DNA from: Bacteroidota bacterium
GTDB taxonomy: Bacteria; Bacteroidota; Ignavibacteria; SZUA-365
Length of the DNA: 64,000 bases
Direction of reading: 5' to 3'
Assembly (NCBI GenBank): GCA_049663345.1
Contig: JBATDG010000053.1
Span: forward strand, 42,166-106,165
Shown here: positions 1-9,575 of the stretch, in pieces
How positions within the stretch are numbered: the stretch's first letter is position 1
Layout of the letters: each line of letters opens with the position of its first letter
Program-made: the position numbers and the translations under genes
Notes under the pieces: generated by a model
Told to the model about the DNA's origin: nothing
The model's input: only the letters and a program-made list of their open reading frames with translations
Database searches by the model: none

Positions 1-102
1 AGTCTCCCGATTCAAATCAGTGACCTCAGGCCCGGAGTGTATTTCTATGCACTGCTCAGCGGCGGCTCCCGATTGACGCAGAAGCTTGTAGTGATGGAAT
101 AA
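1..102 (+). CDS. 3' end of a gene running off the left edge; encodes the tail of a T9SS C-terminal sorting domain (secreted cargo protein, partial)
   Basis: Frame-1 translation of 1..99 gives SLPIQISDLRPGVYFYALLSGGSRLTQKLVVME followed by TAA at 100-102. The GVYFY...KLV tail matches the last beta-strands of Por_Secre_tail/TIGR04183 C-terminal domains, as seen in the two full cargo genes in this window. Confidence 0.5.
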   Translation, partial: SLPIQISDLRPGVYFYALLSGGSRLTQKLVVME

Positions 103-130
103 TGACGTCAGCATCCTGACGGAAGAAAAA

Positions 131-259
131 TCACTAAGACACGAAGACACGAATGAAGAGCACGAAAGGTTTTAGTAATAGTCGCATCGGATTAAATACG
201 GAGCGATTATAATAATCTTTCGTGTTCTTGATTGTGTCTTAGTGACTTCGTGGTTTTTT
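131..259. terminator. Long imperfect inverted repeat (arms ~131-169 and ~216-245, ~45-nt loop) followed by a T7 run on the + strand and an A-run/T-run on the - strand; likely bidirectional intrinsic terminator between convergent genes
   Basis: Left arm TCACTAAGACACGAAGACACGAATGAAGAGCACGAAAGG is largely complementary to right arm TCTTTCGTGTTCTTGATTGTGTCTTAGTGA. GGTTTTTTC follows at 251-259. It sits between the + strand partial cargo gene and the - strand small ORF/dehydrogenase. Confidence 0.35.
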
Positions 260-260
260 C

Positions 261-407
261 TTACTCCGGTTTGGAGTTCTTGGCGATGTACACGTCCAGC
301 GCTCGGATGACGCGGCTGGCCATTCGTGCGAAGAGTGCGAAACCGTAGATGGCAAAGACGAGGGTGAGCACGCTGAAAATGAGCGTTGTAATTTCATTCA
401 GTGACAT
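261..407 (-). CDS. Small predicted single-pass membrane peptide (48 aa), MSLNEITTLIFSVLTLVFAIYGFALFARMASRVIRALDVYIAKNSKPE
   Basis: ATG at 407-405 lies 40 nt downstream of the dehydrogenase stop. It has one clear hydrophobic helix followed by a basic C-tail, and its stop TAA (261-263) is followed by the hairpin/T-run. It is not in the ORF track because it is below the length cut-off. Confidence 0.3.
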   Translation of the reverse strand: MSLNEITTLIFSVLTLVFAIYGFALFARMASRVIRALDVYIAKNSKPE

Positions 408-446
408 GGCTGCCTTCTGGCGAATATTGAAAATTGTAGGGTTTCT

Positions 447-2063
447 TCACACACGTGTGCCGGACATTGCCGTGAAGCAAGCGGCGGGCTCGATCATGGT
501 CCACAGCCAGGCCTGGGCGGCTCGTATGCCGTCCACCGCTGCAGACGTAATTCCTCCAGCGAACCCTGCACCTTCCCCGACCGGGTAGAAATTCGAATGC
601 ACGGGGGACGCCATAGATCCATTGAGACGATCGATGCGGTACGGCGAGGAGGTCCGGCTCTCGATGCCGAAGACCTGCGCATGCTCGTTCACGGAAAAGC
701 CGCGCATTTTGTTATCGAAGGACGCAAAGCCGCGGCGGAGTCCATCATAGACAAATGCCGGAAATAGCTCGTGCATGGCCGCAGGAGCGACGGGACTGAG
801 ACAGGAGGAGGGCGACAGGCTGCGACTGTTATGTGAGCCCAGAAAGTCCTGCAGACGCTGTCCGGGAAGCGTATGCACTGATCCGCTTCCATTGACAGCA
901 GTGCGGAAGCGGGACTCAAGCTCCGATTGAAGCTGCAGCGCGGCATCAACGCCTGTGTAGCCCGCCTGTGCCATATCTTTTTCAGAGACATTCACAACAA
1001 TAGCTGCATTCGAAAACCGCCCGCTCTTGAGGTAATTGCTCATTCCATTGGTGACGACGCCTGTACTGTCAGAACTGGCGTTGAGTACATATCCTCCCGG
1101 ACACATGCAGAAGGAATACACGGCGCGTTCTTCTTCCTTCCAGGTTTTCGCGAGTTTGTACTGAGCGGCTTCGATCCCCGCATACTGCATTTCATATTTC
1201 GCACCGTACTGCATCGCATTCACCGCCGCGGACGGATGCTCCACGCGCACTCCCAGCGCAAATTCTTTCAGCGACATCGGCGTCTGCCGCGAACGCAGCA
1301 TTGCGTACACATCGCGGGCGGAGTGTCCGGTTGCAAGAAACAGCGCAGAGGCTTCGCTGCGCGAGCCATCGTGAGTTTCCACCTGAGTGATGCAGCCGCT
1401 GGTGTCCGCCTGATACGAAGTAAACCGCGTGGAGTAGCGGACGTCGATCTCCTTTTTCTCCATATCGTCGAGCATACGAGTAATGCAATGCCTGATTTTA
1501 TTGGAGCCAAGATGCGGATTGTAGAGGTAGCGGATGTTCTCGGGTGCGCCATAACGGACGAAAGTATCCATTATAAATCCGATATACGGCGACCGGATGC
1601 GCGTGATAAGTTTGCCGTCGCTATACGTCCCTGCACCGCCTGCTCCAAAGCAGATGTTTGAAAAGGGATTCAGATCGCCGGTCTTCATGAAGCGCGCCAT
1701 ATCTCGAACGCGCTGCCGCATCGGCGGTCCCTGCTCGAGCAGCAGCGGCTTAAGGCCATGCAGTCGAAGCCAGTAGGCGCAGAATATTCCGCCGGGGCCT
1801 GTCCCTACGACCACGGGACGAAGCTGATCCGTACGCAATGCCTGCATCCGCAGCCTCTGGTCGGCAATTCCGGACATGATTTCTTCTACCGGGTCGCGCA
1901 GGTCCGTGGAAAGCGAATACTGCACGCGGATGCTGTGATGCTGCCTTGCGTCAATACTGCGTTTGAGAATGCGGAACTCCACGTCGCTTCCCAGCTGTTC
2001 GCGGACTGCCTGCCGAAGCTGTTCTTCGCTGTGGTGATATGGAAGTATTATCTGTAGCTGCAT
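447..2063 (-). CDS. FAD-dependent dehydrogenase/oxidoreductase (COG2509-like, NAD(FAD)-utilizing)
   Basis: 538-aa ORF with an N-terminal dinucleotide-binding motif VVVGTGPGG, a second Gly-rich segment, and a C-terminal FAD-binding GEGAGFAGG motif typical of this family. Confidence 0.75.
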   Translation of the reverse strand: MQLQIILPYHHSEEQLRQAVREQLGSDVEFRILKRSIDARQHHSIRVQYSLSTDLRDPVEEIMSGIADQRLRMQALRTDQLRPVVVGTGPGGIFCAYWLRLHGLKPLLLEQGPPMRQRVRDMARFMKTGDLNPFSNICFGAGGAGTYSDGKLITRIRSPYIGFIMDTFVRYGAPENIRYLYNPHLGSNKIRHCITRMLDDMEKKEIDVRYSTRFTSYQADTSGCITQVETHDGSRSEASALFLATGHSARDVYAMLRSRQTPMSLKEFALGVRVEHPSAAVNAMQYGAKYEMQYAGIEAAQYKLAKTWKEEERAVYSFCMCPGGYVLNASSDSTGVVTNGMSNYLKSGRFSNAAIVVNVSEKDMAQAGYTGVDAALQLQSELESRFRTAVNGSGSVHTLPGQRLQDFLGSHNSRSLSPSSCLSPVAPAAMHELFPAFVYDGLRRGFASFDNKMRGFSVNEHAQVFGIESRTSSPYRIDRLNGSMASPVHSNFYPVGEGAGFAGGITSAAVDGIRAAQAWLWTMIEPAACFTAMSGTRV

Positions 2064-2071
2064 AGATATAT

Positions 2072-2120
2072 AAAAAAGGTGCTGCGCGAAGTTAGGAAAT
2101 TTCCAGCACTTCGCGCAGCA
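2072..2120 (-). terminator. Intrinsic terminator-like hairpin after the response-regulator gene (12-bp perfect stem TGCTGCGCGAAG/CTTCGCGCAGCA, then T-run on the - strand)
   Basis: Stems at 2080-2091 and 2109-2120. An A6 run at 2072-2077 on + becomes a U-run 3' of the hairpin on the - strand. The loop itself contains a GGAAATTTCC palindrome. Confidence 0.45.
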
Positions 2121-2143
2121 TCAATAAGAGAGAAATGAGAAGA

Positions 2144-3520
2144 TCACAAAGGGATATTGTATTTCTCGATCAATTTGTACAACGTCGATCGACTGATATC
2201 GAGTTCTCGCGCACTCTGCGCAAGATTGCCGCGAGCGATTTCAATAGCGCGGCGGACCGCCTGTTCCTTGATTCTGTCGAGTGAGACAATCTTGTTGTCG
2301 TGGAACAGCTTCCCTTCCGTCTCCAGCTCCATCGATGAATCCTTGAAAGAATGCACGACGATAGGGAGGTGCTGAAGTCCAATGATATCACCCTGTGCGA
2401 CCGATGCAGCACGGTGGATAGCGCTTGCGAGCTCACGCACATTGCCGGGCCACGGATAATGATAGATTGCTTCAAGGGCTTCCCGCGAAAACCCTTTCAC
2501 CTTCACGCCCGCCTCTTCACCGTATTGCGTGAGAAACTTCTCCGCTAGTAGGATAATATCGGTAGCGCGTTCTCGAAGAGGAGGAACATGCACGGGGAAA
2601 GATGCGAGATGATAATAGAGATCGCTTCGGAGCTGCTTCTTTTTCACCAGATCCTTCAGGTTGCGATTCGACCCGGCGATCACGCGGACATCCACCTTTG
2701 TGGGTTTGTTCGAACCGAGGGTAGTAATCTGCTTGAATTCGAGCAGCTGCAGCAACCTGGCCTGGATGTCGACATCCAGATCTCCGATTTCATCGATATA
2801 GATCGTACCTCCGTCCGCCTGCTCAAACACCCCTGCCTTCCGCTGCGCGGCACCTGGAAATGCATCTTTCTCAAAGCCGAAGAGTTCACCGGCCAAAAGA
2901 TCGGCAGGGACCGAGGACTGAATAAACGCGATATACGGTCTATTTTTGCGTTTCCCTCTTGCATGGATGGCTTTCGCTACCATTTCCTTACCGCTGCCCG
3001 CCTCACCTGTCAGGAGGACAGGTATCTCACGATCCTTGACCTTATCGATGAGACGCAGCACCAGCTGCATTTCGCGTGATTCGGCGACAATGCTTTTGTC
3101 TTCAAGGGCGCCAACCTTATCCGATCGGAGTTGGAATAGCTGATTCTGAAGATCGATGAGTTTGAAAGTTTGTCGGAAAACGCTTTCAGCCCGCGTCATG
3201 TCAATCGGTATCTCAAGATAGTCTGCCGCACCGATCTTGACGGCCTGGGCAATGACTGCCTGATCATCCGCAGGTACAAGCGCGATAACGGGCGTGTCGA
3301 TGTTGCGTTGCCTCAAATCCTTAAACATTCTGGCAACATTAATATGCTGGCTGGCCATGTCAATTACGACAAGCGCCGGCGACTCGCTGAGCACATCAAG
3401 GGCATCTTCCGCACTTCCGAAGACACGAACGGTATGCCCCCAGCTTTTTTCCAGCTTCTGATGTAAAAGCCGGCGAGTGGAGTCATCATCCTCAATCAGG
3501 AAAACAAGATGTTTGGTCAT
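2144..3520 (-). CDS. Sigma-54-dependent response regulator (NtrC family bEBP: receiver + AAA+ sigma-54 activator + Fis-type HTH)
   Basis: N-terminal receiver domain (LVFLIEDDDSTRRLL...VVIDM). Walker A GEAGSGKE, a GAFTGA-like loop (ELFGFEKDAFPGA), an arginine-finger region, and a C-terminal HTH (AQSARELDISRSTLYKLI). Start trimmed to MTKHLVF (3520) from the longer ORF. Confidence 0.9.
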   Translation of the reverse strand: MTKHLVFLIEDDDSTRRLLHQKLEKSWGHTVRVFGSAEDALDVLSESPALVVIDMASQHINVARMFKDLRQRNIDTPVIALVPADDQAVIAQAVKIGAADYLEIPIDMTRAESVFRQTFKLIDLQNQLFQLRSDKVGALEDKSIVAESREMQLVLRLIDKVKDREIPVLLTGEAGSGKEMVAKAIHARGKRKNRPYIAFIQSSVPADLLAGELFGFEKDAFPGAAQRKAGVFEQADGGTIYIDEIGDLDVDIQARLLQLLEFKQITTLGSNKPTKVDVRVIAGSNRNLKDLVKKKQLRSDLYYHLASFPVHVPPLRERATDIILLAEKFLTQYGEEAGVKVKGFSREALEAIYHYPWPGNVRELASAIHRAASVAQGDIIGLQHLPIVVHSFKDSSMELETEGKLFHDNKIVSLDRIKEQAVRRAIEIARGNLAQSARELDISRSTLYKLIEKYNIPL

Positions 3521-3962
3521 GGTGATATCCGATTCCGTTACGAAAGAAGTTCCGTTCAGGTAACCACAGACTTCACCACCTCGCAATCACTCATCAGATA
3601 GGGCGGAGATGCAAAGACGTTGGGCGTTTGCCATCCTTGCACGAAAAGAGAGGAGTGCGTTGTTATGGCAGCAATGTGGATAGGTAACACTACGAAAAGG
3701 CCGCGTCGTACACACTGGTAATACAGAACATCGAGCACTTTAAGGATCAGCGTGTGTGAATGCTACTGCGTTTGGCAAAGAACGAGAAAACAAAAGTGGC
3801 GCACGGATGCAGTAAAGCCGCCTGGCCTTCCTTTCGGTTTCAACTGCTCATCGAAAACAAAACTCAGCGCTTCGAGGGGACAAGGTTTCCGAAGAGAGAC
3901 TAAACCGAAGGTTGCCTTTCATCAAGGAGCACATCCGTACGCCTGCCTGGATCTCAATAATG

Positions 3963-3996
3963 CGTGGTAGCTGCAGTGGGGAGCAGCTACCACGCG
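3963..3996 (-). terminator. Hairpin terminator downstream of the OmpA-family gene (11-bp perfect stem GTGGTAGCTGC/GCAGCTACCAC, 8-nt loop)
   Basis: Located 8 nt after the TAG stop (4004-4006) on the - strand, followed by a U-rich TTATTGAG on that strand. Confidence 0.5.
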
Positions 3997-4003
3997 AATA
4001 AAC

Positions 4004-5530
4004 CTATTGAATAACCCGGAATTGAATACGACGGTTGCGCGATCTGTTCTCTTGCGAATCGTTCGGGACGAGGGGTTGATCCTCGCCGTAACCGCGCGCG
4101 GTCATACGGTTGGCATCGATGCCTTTGGAAACAAAGTAATCGCGAACCGAATTCGCCCGCTTTTCGCTGAGGCGCTGATTTGCAGTGTTGCTGCCAACGT
4201 CATCGGTATGACCCTGAATCTCAACGCGGAGATTAGGATTCGTACGAAGAGTATTCAGCGCTTTGGTAAGAATCGGGTCAGAATCCGGAGTGATCTCGGC
4301 GGAATTCGTCACGAAGTTGATTCCTTCAAGCACGATTTCACCGCTCTCTTCGATCTTCAACACATCGGCCACCAACGGATCGGTACCGTCGCGCACTTCC
4401 TTGCCATCGTCAGCGCCATCACCATCGGTATCCTTTACCAACGGGTTCGTGCGATAGACATTCTTCTCATCGCAATCACCAAGGCCGTCGCCATCGGTGT
4501 CTTTTTCCAGCGGATTGGTGTTCATGTCGAGCACCTCGTCGCCATCGGAACAACCTTCAGCATCGGTGTCTTTGAGCCTCGGATCGGTGCGATGCGAGTT
4601 AACTTCTTCGCCATCAAGCAGACGATCGTAATCCGTGTCGCGAAGTGTCGGGTCAGTCTTGTAGCGATTGACTTCTTCGCCATCAAGCAATCCATCGGCA
4701 TCCGTGTCACGATTCGTGGGATCCGTGTTATACACCGAAGTCTCATCAGCATCGAGCAGGCCGTCATTGTCCGAATCCTTTGAAACGACTTCCACTGGAG
4801 CTTCAGGCTGAACGGGTTCGCTCTTCTCATCGAGATAGAACGTGAGTCCAAAGCTGACCGAGTTGTAGTTGTCGTTATCTTGCGAAATAAAATGATCCAT
4901 GCCGTCCGTAAAGGTCAGCGTTTTCATGAATTCAGCATAGAAATCGAGTCTGTTTGAAATCGTCCAAACCATTCCAACACCGAGCGGTAAGGTGATTGTG
5001 GACGTTGCATCCTTTTCGATCTGGGCAGCGAAGCGGTGATCGAACGTGCTACTTGCGGTAATCGTCGGGTCAAAAAGCATGTAACCGAAGCCCGCAAAGG
5101 CGTACGGCTTTAAGTCGTACTCTGGAAAAAATTGCATCTGAAGCGCAGCAACAAAGTGGAGTACGTTGTCGCTGTAATCAAACGACGTTTGTTCATTAAA
5201 CCGAGTGATTCCAGAGAAGCTGGATTTAACAGGAGCGAGTGCAACACGACCTTGCAAGTGAAGAGTAGCAAAATCGCCAGCGTCAGCAAAACGCCATAGT
5301 ACCTGCACATTCCCGCCGATCCCCCAATCTGTTATTGCTCCAGCGAAGTTATCTCCATCCTGAAGATCGCCCGCGAAACGATTTAATGACAAAGCCGCGC
5401 CAAAGCCCAACTTTTGGGGCCGCGAAAAATCGGCGTCATAGGGGCGGCTCTGCTGTCCCCGCTGCTGCTGGGCCAGGCTAACCCCGCTTAACAGGACTAC
5501 CGCTACCATGATCGATAGAACTCGTAACAT
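4004..5530 (-). CDS. OmpA-family outer-membrane protein with thrombospondin type-3 (Ca-binding) repeats and a C-terminal OmpA peptidoglycan-binding domain
   Basis: Signal peptide MLRVLSIMVAVVLLSGVSLAQ. The N-terminal region has alternating beta-barrel character. About 8 consecutive DTDxDGxxDxxE TSP3-like repeats (for example DSDNDGLLDADE, DTDADGLLDGEE, DTDGDGLGDCDE). The C-terminus carries the OmpA motif (NQRLSEKRANSVRDYF...RRIQF). Start trimmed to the signal peptide. Confidence 0.85.
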   Translation of the reverse strand: MLRVLSIMVAVVLLSGVSLAQQQRGQQSRPYDADFSRPQKLGFGAALSLNRFAGDLQDGDNFAGAITDWGIGGNVQVLWRFADAGDFATLHLQGRVALAPVKSSFSGITRFNEQTSFDYSDNVLHFVAALQMQFFPEYDLKPYAFAGFGYMLFDPTITASSTFDHRFAAQIEKDATSTITLPLGVGMVWTISNRLDFYAEFMKTLTFTDGMDHFISQDNDNYNSVSFGLTFYLDEKSEPVQPEAPVEVVSKDSDNDGLLDADETSVYNTDPTNRDTDADGLLDGEEVNRYKTDPTLRDTDYDRLLDGEEVNSHRTDPRLKDTDAEGCSDGDEVLDMNTNPLEKDTDGDGLGDCDEKNVYRTNPLVKDTDGDGADDGKEVRDGTDPLVADVLKIEESGEIVLEGINFVTNSAEITPDSDPILTKALNTLRTNPNLRVEIQGHTDDVGSNTANQRLSEKRANSVRDYFVSKGIDANRMTARGYGEDQPLVPNDSQENRSRNRRIQFRVIQ

Positions 5531-5795
5531 GATTGCTCCTTGATGATAATAGAACTCTTGTCTCTTCTCTATTTTGCCAGGCTCAATTTTGACATAATAC
5601 AAATACCCGAAAGTAGACACCTCTCTCTAGCCAGTAAGATGTGGACTCATTTCACATCCATGTCTGAGAATTGAAATGCCTTTTCGTGGAGTACATACAA
5701 AGAAAACGTACAAATAGGAAACATGCAAGTGTTTTGTAAGAATATTCTGCCTAATTTTGAATTCATCTAAACAATGGTTTTTGCAGCGTTAATAT

Positions 5796-6203
5796 TCAGC
5801 CGCCGCCACCGAGAAGCGCCCGCAGCTGCTCACGTATATTGAGCTCTACCGCACCTGGAATCCCATTTTCGGAACGGTGCGTAGACAGCGACCGATTGTC
5901 CTTTTCCACGCGAAGAAGATTCATTTCTTCAACAACCATACGCAGCTGCCGTGTTGCCGCATCTTCAAGAATGCTTAACTCGACATACCGCTCTTCAATT
6001 TCCTTGTCTGTCCATGAAGCCAGATCCTCCGGCTTGCTATGAAGTCCACCTGCACTTACCGTGACGATGACAGCATCATGAGAACTATCAGCAAGATCGA
6101 CGTTGTTCACTGCAAGAAGCCGTTCAGACTGCTGGAGAACTCCTATCGTGCGCAAGAGATTGTGAAGATCATCTTTTCGGATGGCGTAGCGAATGATATT
6201 CAT
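5796..6203 (-). CDS. Hypothetical protein (135 aa, no recognisable motifs; ends in GGGG)
   Basis: ORF only. AT-rich flanks on both sides suggest an independent transcription unit. No family recognised from the sequence. Confidence 0.35.
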   Translation of the reverse strand: MNIIRYAIRKDDLHNLLRTIGVLQQSERLLAVNNVDLADSSHDAVIVTVSAGGLHSKPEDLASWTDKEIEERYVELSILEDAATRQLRMVVEEMNLLRVEKDNRSLSTHRSENGIPGAVELNIREQLRALLGGGG

Positions 6204-6373
6204 TGCGCATTTCCTCTGAGTGTATCAAGCTAGAACACCTAATATAAGGAATCCGTGCCCGAAAACACTGCAGAGAATGTGAAAAATATCCCTATCAACG
6301 GAGAAATCACACTTGAAATAGCTGAATTCACCTTGACCGGGGCAAATGTGACGGGATCAAGGAAAAATCAATC

Positions 6374-7276
6374 CTAGAGTTTCAACCTCTTCTGAACAAA
6401 CACTTCCTGCACAATTACCGAAGCCGATCCAAACACGCCAATACCTCCCCGGATGTTGCTATATTCAGGCCGGAATTCCACGGAACGTCCTCCCCATTGT
6501 GTTGCCTTGAACCAATCCAGCATCGCTTTGTCCGGAGCTAGGATCGCGATTTCGTTGCGGCCATACCAGCGGAACGCAGACCATACCGTGGGCGCCTGGT
6601 TGACCTGGATGAAGCCCCAACGTGTTTTAGTGTAAAACGTCGGTGAATCCGAATTTTCGAAAGGAATGTTGTTCGTGCGCTCGTTGATCTCACTGACCGC
6701 AGGGGTCAAATATTCTCCGTAGCCGAGCGTATCAAGAACCTTCGCGCGAATAATGTATTCTGGCGTAGTTCCCGAGGTCCAGGAAATTCGCAGAGAATCA
6801 GGGCTCATCAGAACGGTAGTATCCTGGGGATATTGCAATACCGCCCGGGGAGGGATTGTCCACTCGATTCTCGCTGGAGTCGTGGTCTCAGCACTCATGA
6901 GGGTTCCATCAGCCATCTGCACACGAATGCTGTAGCGCGTCTCAGGAAGGACACGGTACGTTGAGTCAGGATAGCTATAGCTGCCCACTCCATCCTTCAC
7001 AACATATTGCAGAGGATAATCGATGCCGTTCGCGCTAATAATAACGGAGGCATCCGGGGCCATCATACTGGCATAGTCGAACGCCACAGTCAAAGACTGG
7101 GATACAGCGACGACAATGTTATCGATGGGTTCCCCCACCTGGAGGTAAGCTTCAAGAAAAGGCACCGGCACATAGTCGGTCGGCGGCTGGTCTTCGCAAG
7201 CAGTGACGAGAGTCGCTGCCAATGCGATCACGAGCAGGGAGCAGGCAGAATGGAATCGTGACATTGTATTCACCAT
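6374..7276 (-). CDS. Lipoprotein partner of the TonB-dependent receptor (DUF4249-like)
   Basis: Lipoprotein signal ...LLVIALAATLVTAC. Start codon immediately after the receptor stop (TGAAATG junction). Size and position are typical of the small lipoproteins encoded downstream of TonB-dependent receptors in Bacteroidota. Confidence 0.5.
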   Translation of the reverse strand: MVNTMSRFHSACSLLVIALAATLVTACEDQPPTDYVPVPFLEAYLQVGEPIDNIVVAVSQSLTVAFDYASMMAPDASVIISANGIDYPLQYVVKDGVGSYSYPDSTYRVLPETRYSIRVQMADGTLMSAETTTPARIEWTIPPRAVLQYPQDTTVLMSPDSLRISWTSGTTPEYIIRAKVLDTLGYGEYLTPAVSEINERTNNIPFENSDSPTFYTKTRWGFIQVNQAPTVWSAFRWYGRNEIAILAPDKAMLDWFKATQWGGRSVEFRPEYSNIRGGIGVFGSASVIVQEVFVQKRLKL

Positions 7277-7277
7277 T

Positions 7278-9575
7278 TCAGAACTTGAGTTCAAGTGCAA
7301 CGCTGGGAAGTATTGGTAAAAGTAGAACATCCTTTACCTCTGTTATTTCTCCTGTCGAATCGTAGTAGCGGAACCAGATATCGCGCCTCGAATAAACGTT
7401 GTAAATATCGATCAGGAGATTCGCATCGAGTCCGAACAACGTAGTGTGGTAATTCGCATTCAGATTCAGTTGATGCGATGGGGGAAGGCGCAATCCGTAG
7501 CGATCCGCCGGGATGTTCAGTGCCTTGCCGCTCTCGCTGCCAGGTAGGCGCGTTTCAAGGCGGGACGTCTGTCCCGTGTACGATTGCCCGGACTGGAATG
7601 TAAAAGTAGCGGAAATATCCCAGGAATCGCTGAGCTTGTATTGTCCAACAAGCTTGAAATCGTGTCTGCGATCCCATTTCGGTCGAAACGACTCTCCACG
7701 ATTGAGTGCATCAAATGTCTCGTTGATCCAACCAAGCGCGTACCCAGCCCAGCCGGTGAATCGTCCGTTTTTTTTCTGGAGAAATAATTCGATTCCGTAA
7801 GCCTCGCCCTTCCCGTCATAGAAAAAGTCGCCTACCGTCGTTCCGTTCGTCTGATATTGGTTCAGTTCACTGACGTGTGCGAGGTCCTTATAATACACCT
7901 CGACGTTGAAATCGAGTCCTTCGTACGGCCGGGTCTCAACACCTAGCACGTAGTGGATCGCCCTGCTCGGATTAACGGTGGAATCTGTCGGCATCCAGGT
8001 ATCGAAAAAGCTGAAATCGGGCAAGGCCGCCAGCCGGAAGTACTGATGATAGACGCCGAAAGCTGCCTTTATTGCAATATCGTCCTGAAGTTGATAGCGC
8101 AAAGCGAGTCGCGGATCTACTGTTGCCAGGCCTCTCAAACCGTAGTAATTGAACCGCAATCCCGTCTGCAGGGAAAAGAGATTGGAGAATTGGTAATTGG
8201 ACTGCATGAACGCCGCGCCTGTGACGTCCGAAGCCTCGACATTGGTAACAGCACTGCCGCCTCCTGAGGACGATGATGAATCCGCACTCCCGGTAAAGTT
8301 CTGCAGGTAATTGAGCAAGTAATGGTTTACTTCGATGCCGCCTTTCAATGTCCAGTCACTGGAAGCGAACCATTCAAGATTGCCCTTTAGCGTGTAGTCC
8401 TGAATGATGTTTTCAATCTCAGTCTCGAACCCGCTGTTTGTGGAATTGAAACTGTTGCGATACCGCGACCAGCTGAGGTTAAACACGGAGAAGAGATTGT
8501 CATTGAACAAGTGGGTCCAGCGTGAAGATATCGTGCGGTTGCTGATGCCGATGCTGCCAGCGAAACCCGCACGGGTATCAATGTCGAGAACGTCTGCAGA
8601 AGTGAACCCGGAAAGGAATAATTTATCCGATGTTCCGATATCCTGGGATATTTTACCGTTGAAGTCATAAAAAAAGTAATCGGGCAGCGGATCCTCCTCT
8701 GTCTCCAGAAGGCTGGTGAGAATATCGATATACGTTCGGCGTGCGCCGAAAAACCAGGAGCCATTTCCTACCGGGCCTTCAACCGACAACCGGGAGGAGA
8801 TAAGTCCGATCGAGGCGGTTCCCCCAAATTCGTTTCGATTACCATCTTTCTGAACCAGATCAAGAACAGCCGAAAGCCGACCGCCATATTCTGCAGGATA
8901 CCCGCCCTTAATCAGATCCACATCCTTAATCGCTTCGGGATTGAATGTTGAAAAGAATCCGAAAAGATGCGACGGATTGTACACTGATGAACCATCCAGT
9001 AAAACGAGTGTCTGGTCCGGGGACCCGCCGCGGATGTAGAGACCGCTGGAGATCTGAGACGAGGCGAGTACTCCCGGCAAATACTGCAGGGAGCGAAACA
9101 CGTCGGCCTCGCCTCCAACCCTCAATTTATTTATCTGCCGAATCGGAATGTTGATGCGGCTGACCGATATCTGTCGCTTATCGTCCATGCGGTTGCTTTC
9201 AACAACGACTTCATCAAGGCGTAGTGTTTCCGTACCGAGTTCGACATCAATACGTCGCGATTCCTGCTTTTTTAATTCGACTGTCATTTCCACTTTCTCG
9301 TATCCAAGGAAACTGAAGCTCACCCGATACGTACCGGGTTTGATCTCCGAAAGAGCATAGTAGCCGCTTTTGTTGCTCACCGTACCTTGACGTGTTGCCG
9401 CCAACTGTACGGTCGCACCAACCAGCGTTTCTCCCGTCTCCTTGTCGCGGATATAACCGTTGATCGTCGCATTGTCTGAAAGCTCTTCATCAGAACCAGC
9501 GTTGATCGCAGCAACCACACTCAAAGGAGCGCTGAAAACAATCAGGCTGAAAAAAAGAATGGTCAATTGTTTCAT
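7278..9575 (-). CDS. TonB-dependent receptor (carboxypeptidase-regulatory-like N-domain + plug + beta-barrel)
   Basis: Signal peptide. CarbopepD_reg-like segment (GYIRDKETGETLVGATV...SGYYAL). Plug-domain motifs (EVVVESNR, ...DVFRSLQYLPGV...). Long Tyr/Gly/Asn-rich barrel and a C-terminal aromatic (..LELKF). Confidence 0.85.
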   Translation of the reverse strand: MKQLTILFFSLIVFSAPLSVVAAINAGSDEELSDNATINGYIRDKETGETLVGATVQLAATRQGTVSNKSGYYALSEIKPGTYRVSFSFLGYEKVEMTVELKKQESRRIDVELGTETLRLDEVVVESNRMDDKRQISVSRINIPIRQINKLRVGGEADVFRSLQYLPGVLASSQISSGLYIRGGSPDQTLVLLDGSSVYNPSHLFGFFSTFNPEAIKDVDLIKGGYPAEYGGRLSAVLDLVQKDGNRNEFGGTASIGLISSRLSVEGPVGNGSWFFGARRTYIDILTSLLETEEDPLPDYFFYDFNGKISQDIGTSDKLFLSGFTSADVLDIDTRAGFAGSIGISNRTISSRWTHLFNDNLFSVFNLSWSRYRNSFNSTNSGFETEIENIIQDYTLKGNLEWFASSDWTLKGGIEVNHYLLNYLQNFTGSADSSSSSGGGSAVTNVEASDVTGAAFMQSNYQFSNLFSLQTGLRFNYYGLRGLATVDPRLALRYQLQDDIAIKAAFGVYHQYFRLAALPDFSFFDTWMPTDSTVNPSRAIHYVLGVETRPYEGLDFNVEVYYKDLAHVSELNQYQTNGTTVGDFFYDGKGEAYGIELFLQKKNGRFTGWAGYALGWINETFDALNRGESFRPKWDRRHDFKLVGQYKLSDSWDISATFTFQSGQSYTGQTSRLETRLPGSESGKALNIPADRYGLRLPPSHQLNLNANYHTTLFGLDANLLIDIYNVYSRRDIWFRYYDSTGEITEVKDVLLLPILPSVALELKF

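Noticed and set aside
349-588. 79-aa + strand ORF at the left end
   Set aside because: It overlaps the C-terminus of the FAD-dependent dehydrogenase and the small - strand membrane-peptide ORF. There is no supporting signal.
3587-4003. ~420-nt non-coding gap between the response-regulator start and the OmpA-gene terminator, checked for sRNA or sigma-54 promoter signatures
   Set aside because: No TGGCAC/TTGC element and no conserved structure beyond the terminator hairpin at 3963..3996. The small ORFs (3556..3738, 3752..3970) lack coding character. Left as the promoter region of the response-regulator gene.
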